NCBI GenBank assembly: GCA_964411345.1
Contig: CAYPKP010000002.1
Span: 67,312 to 131,311, forward strand
Direction of reading: 5' to 3'
Length of the DNA: 64,000 nucleotides
DNA from: an uncultured Rikenella sp.
Lineage (GTDB): Bacteria; Bacteroidota; Bacteroidia; Bacteroidales; VadinHA17
In this document: positions 42,398-52,053 of the stretch, piece after piece
Layout of the letters: the number at the start of each line of letters is the position of its first letter
Numbering within the stretch: the stretch's first letter is position 1
The notes under the pieces: generated by a model
What the model was told of the DNA's origin: nothing
Seen by the model: only the letters and a program-made list of their open reading frames with translations
Database searches by the model: none
Translations under genes and position numbers: made by a program

Positions 42398-45295
42398 CTA
42401 TAAATTGAGGATATGTGTGGTAAGATTTGTATCCCTGCCAATACCCATCTTTTTTCTTACCCTGTAGCGGCAGATCTCCACACCTCGTACAGAAATATTC
42501 ATCAGTGGAGCTATCTCTTTGGTTGTGATATTCATCTTAAGGAAGGCACATAGCCTCAACTCTGTAGGTGTAAGGGTCGGGTACCTGGCCTTGAGGCGGT
42601 CAAGGAACTCCTCGTGAACTTCATCAAACGCTTTTGTGAACACCTCCATCTGTTTATTGCTGTCTACCTCCCTGCTTATCCTGGAATAGAGATCGCCTAT
42701 CCTGCTCCCGGCTGCATCATCACCGCAGATTGATCTGAGGATAGAGACCTCCTTCTTCAGCGATTGGAGAAATTCATTTTTCCTGACCAGGTTCATGGCC
42801 TCATTGGCAAGCTCCTTGTCGCGTTGAATCATCTCGGCCCTGAGCTTCTCATTCCGAATGCTGATAATCTCCTTCTCCGACTCAAGGGCCTGCCTGATGT
42901 ACTCCTGCTCCTTCGCTTCATAAATTCGCTGACTGTTTATACGCTCCCTTCTCCTCGACAGCTCGATGCGCCAGTTGACGAATCTTACAAGAAACAGGAC
43001 AGCGCTCAGCAACGCAACAATATAGGTCACATAAGCCACCGGAGACTTGTACCAGGGGTGTTCAATGACAAACTCCAGTCCGTCAGGCAGGCTTTCAGTT
43101 CCCAGCATGTCTCTCGCCTTCACCCTGAAGGTGTATCTGCCGTCCGGCAGGTTGGAATACTCCTTGGTGAAGGACCTCTCCCACGCTGACCACTTATCGT
43201 CAAATCCCTCCAGCATGCAGCTGTATTCAGTTTTGCCCGGGTTTGCATAAAGAGGCGACGCAAAAGTGAACCTCATCACATTATTGTGAAACCTGAAACC
43301 GGGTGGGTTAGAGCGGCTCTCTTCCCGGCCTGACCCTATGCCGGAGTAAAACACCGTATCCTGATGCAAAGCCTCTGCCTTTACAATATATGCCGAAAAC
43401 TCCCGGGGGCCTGATTCTTCATTCCGGGAAGAATAGTGGGCAAAACCGTCTTCCGTGCCAAAGAAGAGATGATCTGACGAATATGAATAGACCCATTCGA
43501 AACCGAGGATGAACTTGCCGGAGAGAGGAAGGAATGGAGTTGCTATATGCTTGTAGGTGCCGTCTTCCTGTAACCTGAACACCCCTGCCCTGTTTTCGGA
43601 AACATACCAGATATTCCCGTCGCTGTCCTCTGTAAGGTGAGAGAACCCCACAACCGGACTGAGGAGCCTGTTAAGACGGACAGAGCCAGCGAACCTGTCC
43701 TCCTCAGGCAGATACTCAAATAATCCGGCCTCGGTCAGGACAACTATCTTACCTCTTATCATGCTGATGACAAGACCATAGTCTGACGGAAGGCCATCAC
43801 TTGAGTTATAGAACCTGTAAGAGGAGACACTGTCCGGCCTGCTGCCCAGGCGAACCCTGAAGATGCCCTTGAAGCCGTGGCTCATCCAGAGATCTCCGGC
43901 CTCATCCTCCTCGAACACCCGGAATGATTCACCAAAGCCACCTACCCTCCCGGCAAACTTCCATGATCCTTCCGTCCACCTGAAGAGAATGAGACCGCTG
44001 AAGGTACCCCCGGCCAGGTAGCCGGGATGACTTTTAAGTTCATGATACTTCCACCCTCCCGGAATATCGCTGATCAGCCGGGCCCGGTCCCCTTCCACAA
44101 TGAAGGTTCCCTTGTTATGGCCACAAAAGAGTATACCCCTGTGGATACTCAGGTGCCATACCTGACCGTCGGTTCCCCCGATCATCCTGTAATCCTCCTC
44201 CTCACCCGCTCTTCGCCACGGCTTCACGTACAGTCCCTGGTTGGTCCCGAAGTAAATATTGCCGTCGTGAATTATGCTGGCATAGCCGGCACCAAAACCC
44301 TCGGAACTCTGTATGAAGGTGACCGGGGAATTGATGGTCAGATAGTCTATTCCCCTGTTCAGCAGAAGCCAGAGATTACCTGAACGGTCCGAAAAGACAT
44401 TCAGGATCGTATTATCCTGCAATCCCCCTTTTTTATTGATCTGCCGGGTAATGTTTCCGTCACTGTCGGCTATCATCAGGCCGTTGAGTATTGTACCGAA
44501 AGCATAGTGATCATCCTGCAGCCTGGCTGCACTGAATATCTGGTCACGCATCAGCGTCCTGCTGGCAGGCACATCCCATCTTACAAGCTTCCGGCCGTCA
44601 TAGATATAAAGTCCCCTGTCAGGTGTAGAGACAAGTATCTCGTCGCCTTCACCCTTCGGCATCAGTGAGGTGACCTCTTCACCTGCCAGTACAGAGCACC
44701 CCTCAATCTTTGACAGTGCGGTGCCGTTATATTCCATCAGCCCGTTCTCCGCATCGTTGAAGATCAGCCTGCCCCGGACAGTGAAGGTGTTCTGAAATCT
44801 CGAGGGTGCCTGCAGCACGGCAACGGGACTACCCTCCCTGAAGAAATAGGCTGCATCATAGGTCTGAAAAACAATTTTATCCCTGTACTGGCAGATATGC
44901 CAGACATCGTCAAAATTCCGGTTCTCTTCAGGGATTAAATCCCGCAGTGACCGAAATGACATCTGCCCGTTTTCTGACCATTCCATTTTTCCCAGGTCAT
45001 TATAGGCGCCGATGTATATATCTCCCTGCCCGTCAATGAATACTGACCTCACCATAGACCTGTTGGGCATGGCATAAATCTGCCACTGCTCGCCGTCAAA
45101 TACCAGGAGTCCGTCATTGTTGGCAAAGTACATGAATCCCTTGCCGTCCTGTGCGGCTCCCCAGTTCTGGGTGCCGCCCCGGTACTCATCCTTGGGGAAA
45201 TTACGTATGTACGGGGTGCCGATATTCTTTATCTCCCCTGAAGCCACCAGGCTGACAAGGAACAACAGCAGCACCGTTGCGCTTCGCCGGAACAC
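42398..45295 (-). CDS. paralogous propeller/Y_Y_Y - TM - LuxR-HTH sensor-regulator
   Basis: 965 aa with the same architecture as 32634..35573 and clear paralogy (e.g. EYRGGTQNWG..FANNDGLLVFDGEQWQ versus EYRGGTQNWN..VANNNGILRFDGEDWE). TM helix YVTYIVALLSAVLFLV. C-terminal LTPTELRLCAFLKMNITTKEIAPLMNISVRGVEICRYRVRKKMGI. Apparent GTG start (cac 45293-45295). Confidence 0.8.
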   Translation of the reverse strand: MFRRSATVLLLFLVSLVASGEIKNIGTPYIRNFPKDEYRGGTQNWGAAQDGKGFMYFANNDGLLVFDGEQWQIYAMPNRSMVRSVFIDGQGDIYIGAYNDLGKMEWSENGQMSFRSLRDLIPEENRNFDDVWHICQYRDKIVFQTYDAAYFFREGSPVAVLQAPSRFQNTFTVRGRLIFNDAENGLMEYNGTALSKIEGCSVLAGEEVTSLMPKGEGDEILVSTPDRGLYIYDGRKLVRWDVPASRTLMRDQIFSAARLQDDHYAFGTILNGLMIADSDGNITRQINKKGGLQDNTILNVFSDRSGNLWLLLNRGIDYLTINSPVTFIQSSEGFGAGYASIIHDGNIYFGTNQGLYVKPWRRAGEEEDYRMIGGTDGQVWHLSIHRGILFCGHNKGTFIVEGDRARLISDIPGGWKYHELKSHPGYLAGGTFSGLILFRWTEGSWKFAGRVGGFGESFRVFEEDEAGDLWMSHGFKGIFRVRLGSRPDSVSSYRFYNSSDGLPSDYGLVISMIRGKIVVLTEAGLFEYLPEEDRFAGSVRLNRLLSPVVGFSHLTEDSDGNIWYVSENRAGVFRLQEDGTYKHIATPFLPLSGKFILGFEWVYSYSSDHLFFGTEDGFAHYSSRNEESGPREFSAYIVKAEALHQDTVFYSGIGSGREESRSNPPGFRFHNNVMRFTFASPLYANPGKTEYSCMLEGFDDKWSAWERSFTKEYSNLPDGRYTFRVKARDMLGTESLPDGLEFVIEHPWYKSPVAYVTYIVALLSAVLFLVRFVNWRIELSRRRERINSQRIYEAKEQEYIRQALESEKEIISIRNEKLRAEMIQRDKELANEAMNLVRKNEFLQSLKKEVSILRSICGDDAAGSRIGDLYSRISREVDSNKQMEVFTKAFDEVHEEFLDRLKARYPTLTPTELRLCAFLKMNITTKEIAPLMNISVRGVEICRYRVRKKMGIGRDTNLTTHILNL

Positions 45296-45356
45296 AGTAT
45301 CTCTTTTAGTCAGGCAATTTATAATTTTATCGGCATCCTGCGAGATGCATTTTCCC

Positions 45357-45364
45357 TATTTTTG
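45357..45364 (+). promoter_or_regulatory. candidate -7 box (TATTTTTG) upstream of / overlapping the annotated start of the polyferredoxin gene
   Basis: TATTTTTG at 45357-45364 overlaps the TTG (45362) used by the ORF track. If this box is functional, the true start is further downstream (e.g. GTG 45371). Confidence 0.3.
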
Positions 45365-46351
45365 CGATCTGTGAAAATTATACGGGACAAATATTCACTT
45401 CCGCTTCTTGCAGCATCGCTGACAGTGTTCATCCTGCTGCCCGTCCAGCTCGTAACAGAGCCGCCACTGCTGCTGCTCGAGAGATTATTCCCCGGCGGAG
45501 GATTCCTTCAGATACTTCTCATAGCTGCTTTCGCATTCATCATGGAATACAATATGCTGATCACGGAAAGGTCAGGGTGGTGGCGCCGATTCTCATGGTC
45601 TCTCTTCTCGGTGATCTTCTTTCTCCAGCTCACACTCGGGATCGCCGTTGACAAAATATTCCTGATGACCGGCCACCTTCACCTGCCCGTTCCGGCCCTG
45701 ATAATTTCGGGCCCGATCTACCGTGGCAGTTTCTCGGTCATGACACTGATCTTCCTCAGTGCCGTCTTCCTTTCAGGTCCGGCATGGTGCAGCCAGTACT
45801 GTTACTTCGGAGCTATTGACTCGGCACTGGCCGGACCAAAGAGTCCGGTTTCAGAACGTCGCACCCGCAGGGCACTGAGGTACACCTTCCTGGCACTTTC
45901 AGTAGCTGTAGCCTTGCTGCTGAGAATTATCGGAGCCTCCGGCGAGACGGCGCTGGCTGCCGGAATCATCACAGGTGTGGCAGGACTTCTGATAATATTC
46001 TTCATTTCGCGCAGGGAGAAAAAAATGATCCACTGTACCGTCTGGTGCCCCGTGGGAACACTGGTCAGCCGGCTCAGGTTTGTCAGCCCGTTCCGGCTGA
46101 AGATAAGTAATGACTGCACCAGATGCATGAAGTGTTCCACTCTTTGCAGATACGATGCCCTGACGAGGGAAGACATTGCGCAACTTAAACCTGGAAACAC
46201 ATGCACCCTCTGCGGTGACTGCATCTCAGCATGCAGATCCTCATCAATTCATTATCATTTTCCAAAAATGTCACCTTCCGCCGCCAGAAAGCTATATATC
46301 ACCGTCACCGTGGTCATCTACTCGCTGGTGCTGGCGCTGGCAAGGATTTGA
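45362..46351 (+). CDS. NapH/MauN-like integral-membrane polyferredoxin (4Fe-4S)
   Basis: Several TM helices. CxxxC(P)-type motifs AWCSQYCYFG and HCTVWCPVG. Two ferredoxin motifs, CTRCMKCSTLC and CTLCGDCISAC. Start uncertain (TTG 45362 or GTG 45371). Confidence 0.7.
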   Translation: MRSVKIIRDKYSLPLLAASLTVFILLPVQLVTEPPLLLLERLFPGGGFLQILLIAAFAFIMEYNMLITERSGWWRRFSWSLFSVIFFLQLTLGIAVDKIFLMTGHLHLPVPALIISGPIYRGSFSVMTLIFLSAVFLSGPAWCSQYCYFGAIDSALAGPKSPVSERRTRRALRYTFLALSVAVALLLRIIGASGETALAAGIITGVAGLLIIFFISRREKKMIHCTVWCPVGTLVSRLRFVSPFRLKISNDCTRCMKCSTLCRYDALTREDIAQLKPGNTCTLCGDCISACRSSSIHYHFPKMSPSAARKLYITVTVVIYSLVLALARI

Positions 46352-46391
46352 ATATAGCCTGCCCAATTGGTTGATTATTTTTATTTTTAGG

Positions 46392-46399
46392 TATATTTG
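46392..46399 (+). promoter_or_regulatory. candidate -7 box (TATATTTG) for pdaD
   Basis: TATATTTG matches TAnnTTTG, 49 nt upstream of ATG 46448. Confidence 0.4.
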
Positions 46400-46447
46400 C
46401 CATGATCCGGAATAACCCGGCATGTAACCTAAACATTGTTGCGCAAG

Positions 46448-46975
46448 ATGGTCAAAGTCACCAATAACAGGATCCCGCATGAATTTTTTGTAACCAAGGG
46501 TTCGGGATGCAGCGAGTATGCCCTCCATCCCGGATCATACCATATGGCACTGTATGATGCGGGCATCGCCGAATACAATATCATGAACTACTCGTCAGTG
46601 CTGCCTGCTACGGCGAAACTGCTGACACTCGATGAGATCGACATGCCACCGTACGGCTCCGAATTGTGCAGCATCATGGCAGTGGCTAACGGGTATTACG
46701 GTGAACACATTTCTGCAGGGGTGATATTTGCCTGGATGTATACTGACGAAACCTGCGAGGAGAAGGTAGGCGGACTGGTCTGCGAACTGGCAGGCTACTT
46801 CGATATGGAAGCCCTTGAGGAGAGACTCTACACCGTCCTCAATGATCTCCATGACAGGACCTTCTCACAGTACTACCTCGGTGAACCTACCGTCATCAGG
46901 GAGTCACTGACGATAGACAAGAGATATGGAACAGCTCTGGTGGCACTTTGCTTCATAAATTTCACCCAGGCATGA
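46448..46975 (+). CDS. pdaD: pyruvoyl-dependent arginine decarboxylase
   Basis: Trimmed to ATG 46448 (MVKVTNNRIPHEFFVTKGSG...). Size (~175 aa) and the motifs FFVTKGSG and NYSSVLP (self-cleavage Ser-Ser region) are typical of PvlArgDC/PdaD. Confidence 0.75.
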   Translation: MVKVTNNRIPHEFFVTKGSGCSEYALHPGSYHMALYDAGIAEYNIMNYSSVLPATAKLLTLDEIDMPPYGSELCSIMAVANGYYGEHISAGVIFAWMYTDETCEEKVGGLVCELAGYFDMEALEERLYTVLNDLHDRTFSQYYLGEPTVIRESLTIDKRYGTALVALCFINFTQA

Positions 46976-47035
46976 TGGCATGAGGCATTGCACCTGGCTG
47001 ACAAAACCAAACCTGACCGGTAACAACAGCCTGCC

Positions 47036-47590
47036 ATGAGCAGACCCTGCAAGATTATCAGTTTCTTCCTGCCACCGCCACGCTGGCGCATACCGGTCAT
47101 AGTGACCCTGGGCATCTTTACAGGTCTCTTTTTCTTCCTGCTGAAGATATCAAATGCAACCTCATATCTCTCTGATGATCCCAGGGTCTGCATCAACTGC
47201 CACATCATGACGCCGCAGTTCGCCACCTGGTCACACAGTGCACACCGCGCCGTCACTGACTGCAACGAGTGCCATGTGCCCCATGACAGCTTCATAAGAA
47301 AATATTACTTCAAGGCCTCCGACGGCCTGCGGCACTCTGCGGTCTTCACCCTGCGCAACGAACCACAGGCCATATATATCAGGGAAGCAGGCAGAAAAGT
47401 GGTCCAGGAAAACTGCCTCCGCTGTCACGCCTCACTCTTCAGTGACGGTCCCGGCATGCCTGCCGAAGCCCTTACGGGCAGGCGAGAAAGGCAGTGCCTC
47501 GACTGTCACCGCTACACGCCGCACGACAGGGTTAACAGCATCTCTTCAACACCCTTCGCCATAACCCCTGCCCTCAGGGATAACCTTTAG
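47036..47590 (+). CDS. nrfH: cytochrome c nitrite reductase small subunit, NapC/NirT-type tetrahaem quinol dehydrogenase
   Basis: An N-terminal TM helix plus four CxxCH motifs (CINCH, CNECH, CLRCH, CLDCH). It lies immediately upstream of nrfA. Confidence 0.9.
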   Translation: MSRPCKIISFFLPPPRWRIPVIVTLGIFTGLFFFLLKISNATSYLSDDPRVCINCHIMTPQFATWSHSAHRAVTDCNECHVPHDSFIRKYYFKASDGLRHSAVFTLRNEPQAIYIREAGRKVVQENCLRCHASLFSDGPGMPAEALTGRRERQCLDCHRYTPHDRVNSISSTPFAITPALRDNL

Positions 47591-47612
47591 CCAACTCTCA
47601 ATACTCATACCC

Positions 47613-49079
47613 ATGACAAGCATTAAGGAAGCAATATCAGACAAACCGTGGCTGGGCTGGCTGCTGTTCCTGGCAACCGTAGCAGTGGTGTTCCTCCTCG
47701 GCATGCTCGCATCATCAGTTGTTGAAAGACGCAGTGAAGCCAGGTACGCCTACCGCCCTCCGACAGACCTGCAGCCCTTTGAGACCGATAACAGTGTCTG
47801 GGGAAAGTTCTATCCTCGTGAATACCAGTCGTGGCTGATGACCGCCGACACCTCCTTCAGGAGCAAACATGCCGGCAGCAAGCCGCTTGATATCCTGGCC
47901 ACTGATCCAGAGCTGGTCGTGCTCTGGGCAGGCTACTCATTCTCAAAGGATTACAAACAGGCAAGAGGACACTACTATGCCATTGAGGACAACAGGAACA
48001 CTCTTCGGACCGGTGGTCCCCTGACGCCTGATGCCGGCCCCCAGCCAGCAACATGCTGGACATGCAAGAGTCCTGACGTGCCTCGCATGATAAACCAGAT
48101 GGGTGCCGAGAGCTTCTACAGCTCCACATGGGCGGCACTCGGACCGGAGATTACCAACACCATCGGTTGCGGCGACTGTCATGATCCTGCTGACATGACA
48201 CTCACCATCACGCGCCCGGCACTCAGGGAAGCCTTTGAACGCCAGGGCCGCAACATCAGTGATGCGGGCCACCAGGAGATGCGCAGCCTCGTCTGTGCCC
48301 AGTGCCATGTGGAGTACTATTTCAGGGGGGAGGGCAAATACCTCACCTTCCCGTGGGACGAAGGGATGACTGCCGACAGGATGGAGGAGTATTATGACAG
48401 TTACGGATTCGCCGACTGGACTCATGCCATCAGCAAGGCCCCGATGCTGAAGGCGCAGCACCCTGACTATGAGCTGTTCAAAACAGGCATTCACGCGCAG
48501 CGCGGCGTGGCCTGCGCCGACTGCCACATGCCATTCATCGCTGAGGGAGGAGTTAAATATACCAGTCATCATGTGCAGAGCCCGCTGAATATGATCTCCT
48601 CTACATGCGCCGTATGCCACAGGCAGAGCGAGGAGGAGCTCATGAACAATGTATATGAAAGACAGGATAAGATTGCGGCCCTGAGAAACTACCTTGAAGA
48701 CATCCTTGTTGTGGCGCATTATGAAGCCAGGGCTGCATGGGAGGCAGGAGCCGATGAGGAGACAATGGAGCCCGTACTAAGGCTCATCAGGCAGGCACAG
48801 TGGAGGTGGGATTTCTGCGCCGCCAGCCACGGCGGATCATTCCACGCCCCCATTGAGATGGCATCGGTGCTGAGCAACGGCATCATGAAGGGCCTCGAAG
48901 CGCGGATAGACCTCGCATCAATACTGACCGGCAAGGGAATCCGGGATGTCACTGTTCCCGACATCTCTTCCAAGGCTGCCGCCCAGAAATCGATCGGCCT
49001 CGATATGGAAGCCCTGATAAGGGAGAAGGAGCAGTTCAAAAAAGAGATACTGCCACTCTGGGATAAGGCCGCCGTCTGA
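47613..49079 (+). CDS. nrfA: ammonia-forming cytochrome c nitrite reductase, pentahaem
   Basis: The diagnostic CxxCK active-site haem motif (CWTCK) plus four CxxCH motifs (CGDCH, CAQCH, CADCH, CAVCH). 488 aa with an N-terminal membrane/signal segment. Confidence 0.92.
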   Translation: MTSIKEAISDKPWLGWLLFLATVAVVFLLGMLASSVVERRSEARYAYRPPTDLQPFETDNSVWGKFYPREYQSWLMTADTSFRSKHAGSKPLDILATDPELVVLWAGYSFSKDYKQARGHYYAIEDNRNTLRTGGPLTPDAGPQPATCWTCKSPDVPRMINQMGAESFYSSTWAALGPEITNTIGCGDCHDPADMTLTITRPALREAFERQGRNISDAGHQEMRSLVCAQCHVEYYFRGEGKYLTFPWDEGMTADRMEEYYDSYGFADWTHAISKAPMLKAQHPDYELFKTGIHAQRGVACADCHMPFIAEGGVKYTSHHVQSPLNMISSTCAVCHRQSEEELMNNVYERQDKIAALRNYLEDILVVAHYEARAAWEAGADEETMEPVLRLIRQAQWRWDFCAASHGGSFHAPIEMASVLSNGIMKGLEARIDLASILTGKGIRDVTVPDISSKAAAQKSIGLDMEALIREKEQFKKEILPLWDKAAV

Positions 49080-49113
49080 AAAGGCATGGTATGAAAATCG
49101 AAAATACGGCATT

Positions 49114-50937
49114 ATGACAGGCAATCACAAGTTGTTCCCTGCAGTGCTTACCCTCTTCCTGATGCTGCTCTCAGCTGCAGCTTCGGGGCAGGGTGGCAGA
49201 CATACATTTGCCCTTGGCGGGGAAGAGTTCCTGCTCGACGGCAAGCCTTTCCGCATCATCAGCGGAGAGATGCACCCCGGAAGGATCCCTTCGGAATACT
49301 GGCAGCACCGCATTCAGATGGCAAAGGCCATGGGCTGCAATACTGTCTCTGCCTACCTCTTCTGGAACCATCATGAAGCCCGGGAAGGAATTTACGACTT
49401 TCATACGGGCAACCGTGATATTTCGCGCTTCATTGCCACTGCTGCCGAAGAGGGGATGTGGGTTATCATAAGGCCGGGACCGTATGTCTGCGCCGAGTGG
49501 GAGTTCGGAGGGATACCTCCCTACCTGCTTCGCAACCCGGAGCTCAGGGTAAGGTGCATGGATCCGCATTACATGAGAGCCGCGGAGAGGTACATCTCAC
49601 GGCTGGCGGATGTGCTGCGTCCCCATCTCATCACCAACGGCGGACGGGTGCTGATGGTGCAGATAGAGAACGAATACGGCAGCTACGGCAACGACAGGAA
49701 CTACATGAAGGCGTTGAAGGATATCTGGGAAAAATGCGGCATCGACGTTCCCTTCTTTACCGGTGACGGGCCAACGACATACATGCTTGAGGCGGGCACT
49801 CTGCCCGGCTGCGCGGTAGGACTCGATTCGGGCAGCAGTGAAGAGGACTTTGAGCTGGCACGCAGGATGAACCCCGGCGTGCCTGTCTTCTCCAGCGAGA
49901 CCTATCCCGGCTGGCTGACACACTGGGGTGAAGAGTGGGCAAGGCCTGACACTGCGGCACTGCTGCGCGAGGTGAAGTTCCTGATGGACACCCGCAAATC
50001 ATTTAACTTCTACGTGATACACGGCGGCACCAACTTCGGCTTTACCGCAGGGGCCAACTCCGGAGGCAAGGGTTATGAACCCGACCTTACCAGCTACGAT
50101 TATGATGCACCCATTGATGAGCAGGGAAGAGCAACACCCAAGTACATGGCTCTGAGGAAACTGATTGGCTCATACCTCCCGAAGAGAGCCAAGCTTCCCC
50201 CAATCCCGGAGCCTGTTCCATCCATGAGCTTCCCCGAAACGGATCTTATGCCAATGACCTCCGTATGGGACAACATGCCCGCCCCGGTGCACTCGGTGCA
50301 GCCCCGGCCATTTGAGATGTATGGCCAGGACTACGGATTCATGCTCTATTCAACCCGGCTGGTCGGGCACAAGGGCGGAAAACTGAATGTCATTGACCTC
50401 CATGATTATGCAACCGTCTTCCTTGACGGCAAGTATATGGGAACCCTTGACCGCCGCCTGGGCATACAAACTATTGATCTCCCGCGTGGTGAGAGCCCAT
50501 ATCCTCTGCTTGAAATTTTTGTCGAAGGGATGGGACGCATAAACTTTGCCCACGCGATGACAGACCGCAAGGGCATAACCGACAGGGTGACACTGAACGG
50601 GATGACACTAATGAACTGGGAAGTCTACGGATATCCGATGAATGAGGAATTCATCACCGGGCTGCAGCCGTCAGCAGGCTCCACGGAGAAACCCGGCATC
50701 TTCTTCAGGGGCACATTTGACCTTGAGGCTACGGCAGACACTTTTATCGACATGACCAACTTCGTCAAGGGGTTTGTATGGGTCAACGGACATAACCTGG
50801 GAAGATTCTGGGAGATAGGCCCGCAGACCAGGCTCTACTGTCCGGCCCCCTGGCTCAGAAGCGGTGAGAATGAGATCATCATTTTCGACATGCACAAGAC
50901 CACCCCGGGAAGCGTCAGAGGATTCCCGTCAATGTAG
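49114..50937 (+). CDS. glycoside hydrolase family 35 beta-galactosidase
   Basis: Signal peptide, then GH35 signatures GEMHPGRIP, RPGPYVCAEWEFGGIP and MVQIENEYGSYG. Confidence 0.9.
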   Translation: MTGNHKLFPAVLTLFLMLLSAAASGQGGRHTFALGGEEFLLDGKPFRIISGEMHPGRIPSEYWQHRIQMAKAMGCNTVSAYLFWNHHEAREGIYDFHTGNRDISRFIATAAEEGMWVIIRPGPYVCAEWEFGGIPPYLLRNPELRVRCMDPHYMRAAERYISRLADVLRPHLITNGGRVLMVQIENEYGSYGNDRNYMKALKDIWEKCGIDVPFFTGDGPTTYMLEAGTLPGCAVGLDSGSSEEDFELARRMNPGVPVFSSETYPGWLTHWGEEWARPDTAALLREVKFLMDTRKSFNFYVIHGGTNFGFTAGANSGGKGYEPDLTSYDYDAPIDEQGRATPKYMALRKLIGSYLPKRAKLPPIPEPVPSMSFPETDLMPMTSVWDNMPAPVHSVQPRPFEMYGQDYGFMLYSTRLVGHKGGKLNVIDLHDYATVFLDGKYMGTLDRRLGIQTIDLPRGESPYPLLEIFVEGMGRINFAHAMTDRKGITDRVTLNGMTLMNWEVYGYPMNEEFITGLQPSAGSTEKPGIFFRGTFDLEATADTFIDMTNFVKGFVWVNGHNLGRFWEIGPQTRLYCPAPWLRSGENEIIIFDMHKTTPGSVRGFPSM

Positions 50938-51001
50938 CGGACAATCCTTCCGGTTTCATCCCTGTCCGGTTATCTCATCCGTCAGGTGACGCAGGAAGAA
51001 G

Positions 51002-52042
51002 CTAATTTATTCCCGTGACAGCAGCCAGCAGGTAATATATCCCGGCAGCCAGCAGCATAGAAACGGGGATTGTAAGCAGCCATGCATAGAGCAGGTTTAT
51101 TGTGACACCCCAGCGAACGGCGGTGATCCTTTTTGTCAGCCCCACCCCCATGATGGCACCCGTGATGGTATGAGTCGTGCTCACGGGAATGCCAAAGGCT
51201 TCGGTACCAAAGAGCAGTACCGCTCCTGCGGTCTCAGCAGCGACACCCTCGAAGGGAGTCAGCTTGGTGATCTTTGTGCCCATGGTCTTGACAATCCTCC
51301 AGCCTCCTATGAGAGTACCCAGCGCTATTGCCGAATAACAGCCCAGGACTATCCAGTGCGGTATGTCATGAACCTTGCCGTCGACCATCTCAATATGTGC
51401 CCAGTGCGGAACCTCCTGCATGCCGTGAAAGTAAACCATGAGTGCAGCAGCAATGATCCCCATCACCTTCTGTGCATCATTGCCGCCATGACCCAGGCTG
51501 AAGAGTGCGGATGAGAGAAGCTGAAAACCCTTGAACCTCTTTTCCAGGCGGAATGGATTGCCTTTCCGGCTTACCCAGAGAAGTATGATAGAAAGTATAT
51601 ATGACATGATCATGCCAAGCAGGGGGGCCAGGAAGATGAATGCCGCTATCACCGCTATCTTGCCCGTATGCACAACATCCCAGCCGGTATATGCTATCGC
51701 TGCTCCGGCGAAACCTCCGACGAGAGTGTGGGAGGAACTGGAGGGTATACCCAGGTACCAGGTGAGAAGATTCCAAATTATGGCAGCCATGATGCCTGCC
51801 AGGATGACCATCAGCGTTATGGCCGAGGTGTCAACGATCTTGGCAATGGTGTCGACAATATTCAATTCGAAAACGAGATAGGCCAGCCAGTTGAACGAGG
51901 CGGCCCACACCACCGCCTGAAAGGGCGTAAGCACCTTGGTTGATACCACCGTGGCTATTGAGTTGGCCGCATCGTGGAAGCCGTTGATAAGGTCAAAGGC
52001 GAAAGCCAGGACTATGATGATGATCAGAATAGTGAAATCCAT
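51002..52042 (-). CDS. inorganic phosphate transporter, PiT family
   Basis: Duplicated PiT signature: GFHDAANSIATVVST near the N terminus and GHGGNDAQK in the second half. Polytopic membrane protein. Confidence 0.9.
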   Translation of the reverse strand: MDFTILIIIIVLAFAFDLINGFHDAANSIATVVSTKVLTPFQAVVWAASFNWLAYLVFELNIVDTIAKIVDTSAITLMVILAGIMAAIIWNLLTWYLGIPSSSSHTLVGGFAGAAIAYTGWDVVHTGKIAVIAAFIFLAPLLGMIMSYILSIILLWVSRKGNPFRLEKRFKGFQLLSSALFSLGHGGNDAQKVMGIIAAALMVYFHGMQEVPHWAHIEMVDGKVHDIPHWIVLGCYSAIALGTLIGGWRIVKTMGTKITKLTPFEGVAAETAGAVLLFGTEAFGIPVSTTHTITGAIMGVGLTKRITAVRWGVTINLLYAWLLTIPVSMLLAAGIYYLLAAVTGIN

Positions 52043-52053
52043 CAGGTGCTCGG

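Noticed and set aside
47943-48719. 258-aa minus-strand ORF inside nrfA (and 45802..46224, 49171..49569, 59159..59713, 42764..43189 in other genes)
   Set aside because: All are antisense to CDSs with diagnostic motifs (haem CxxCH/CxxCK, GH35, M24, LuxR regulator). None has motifs, signal peptides or promoter boxes of its own.
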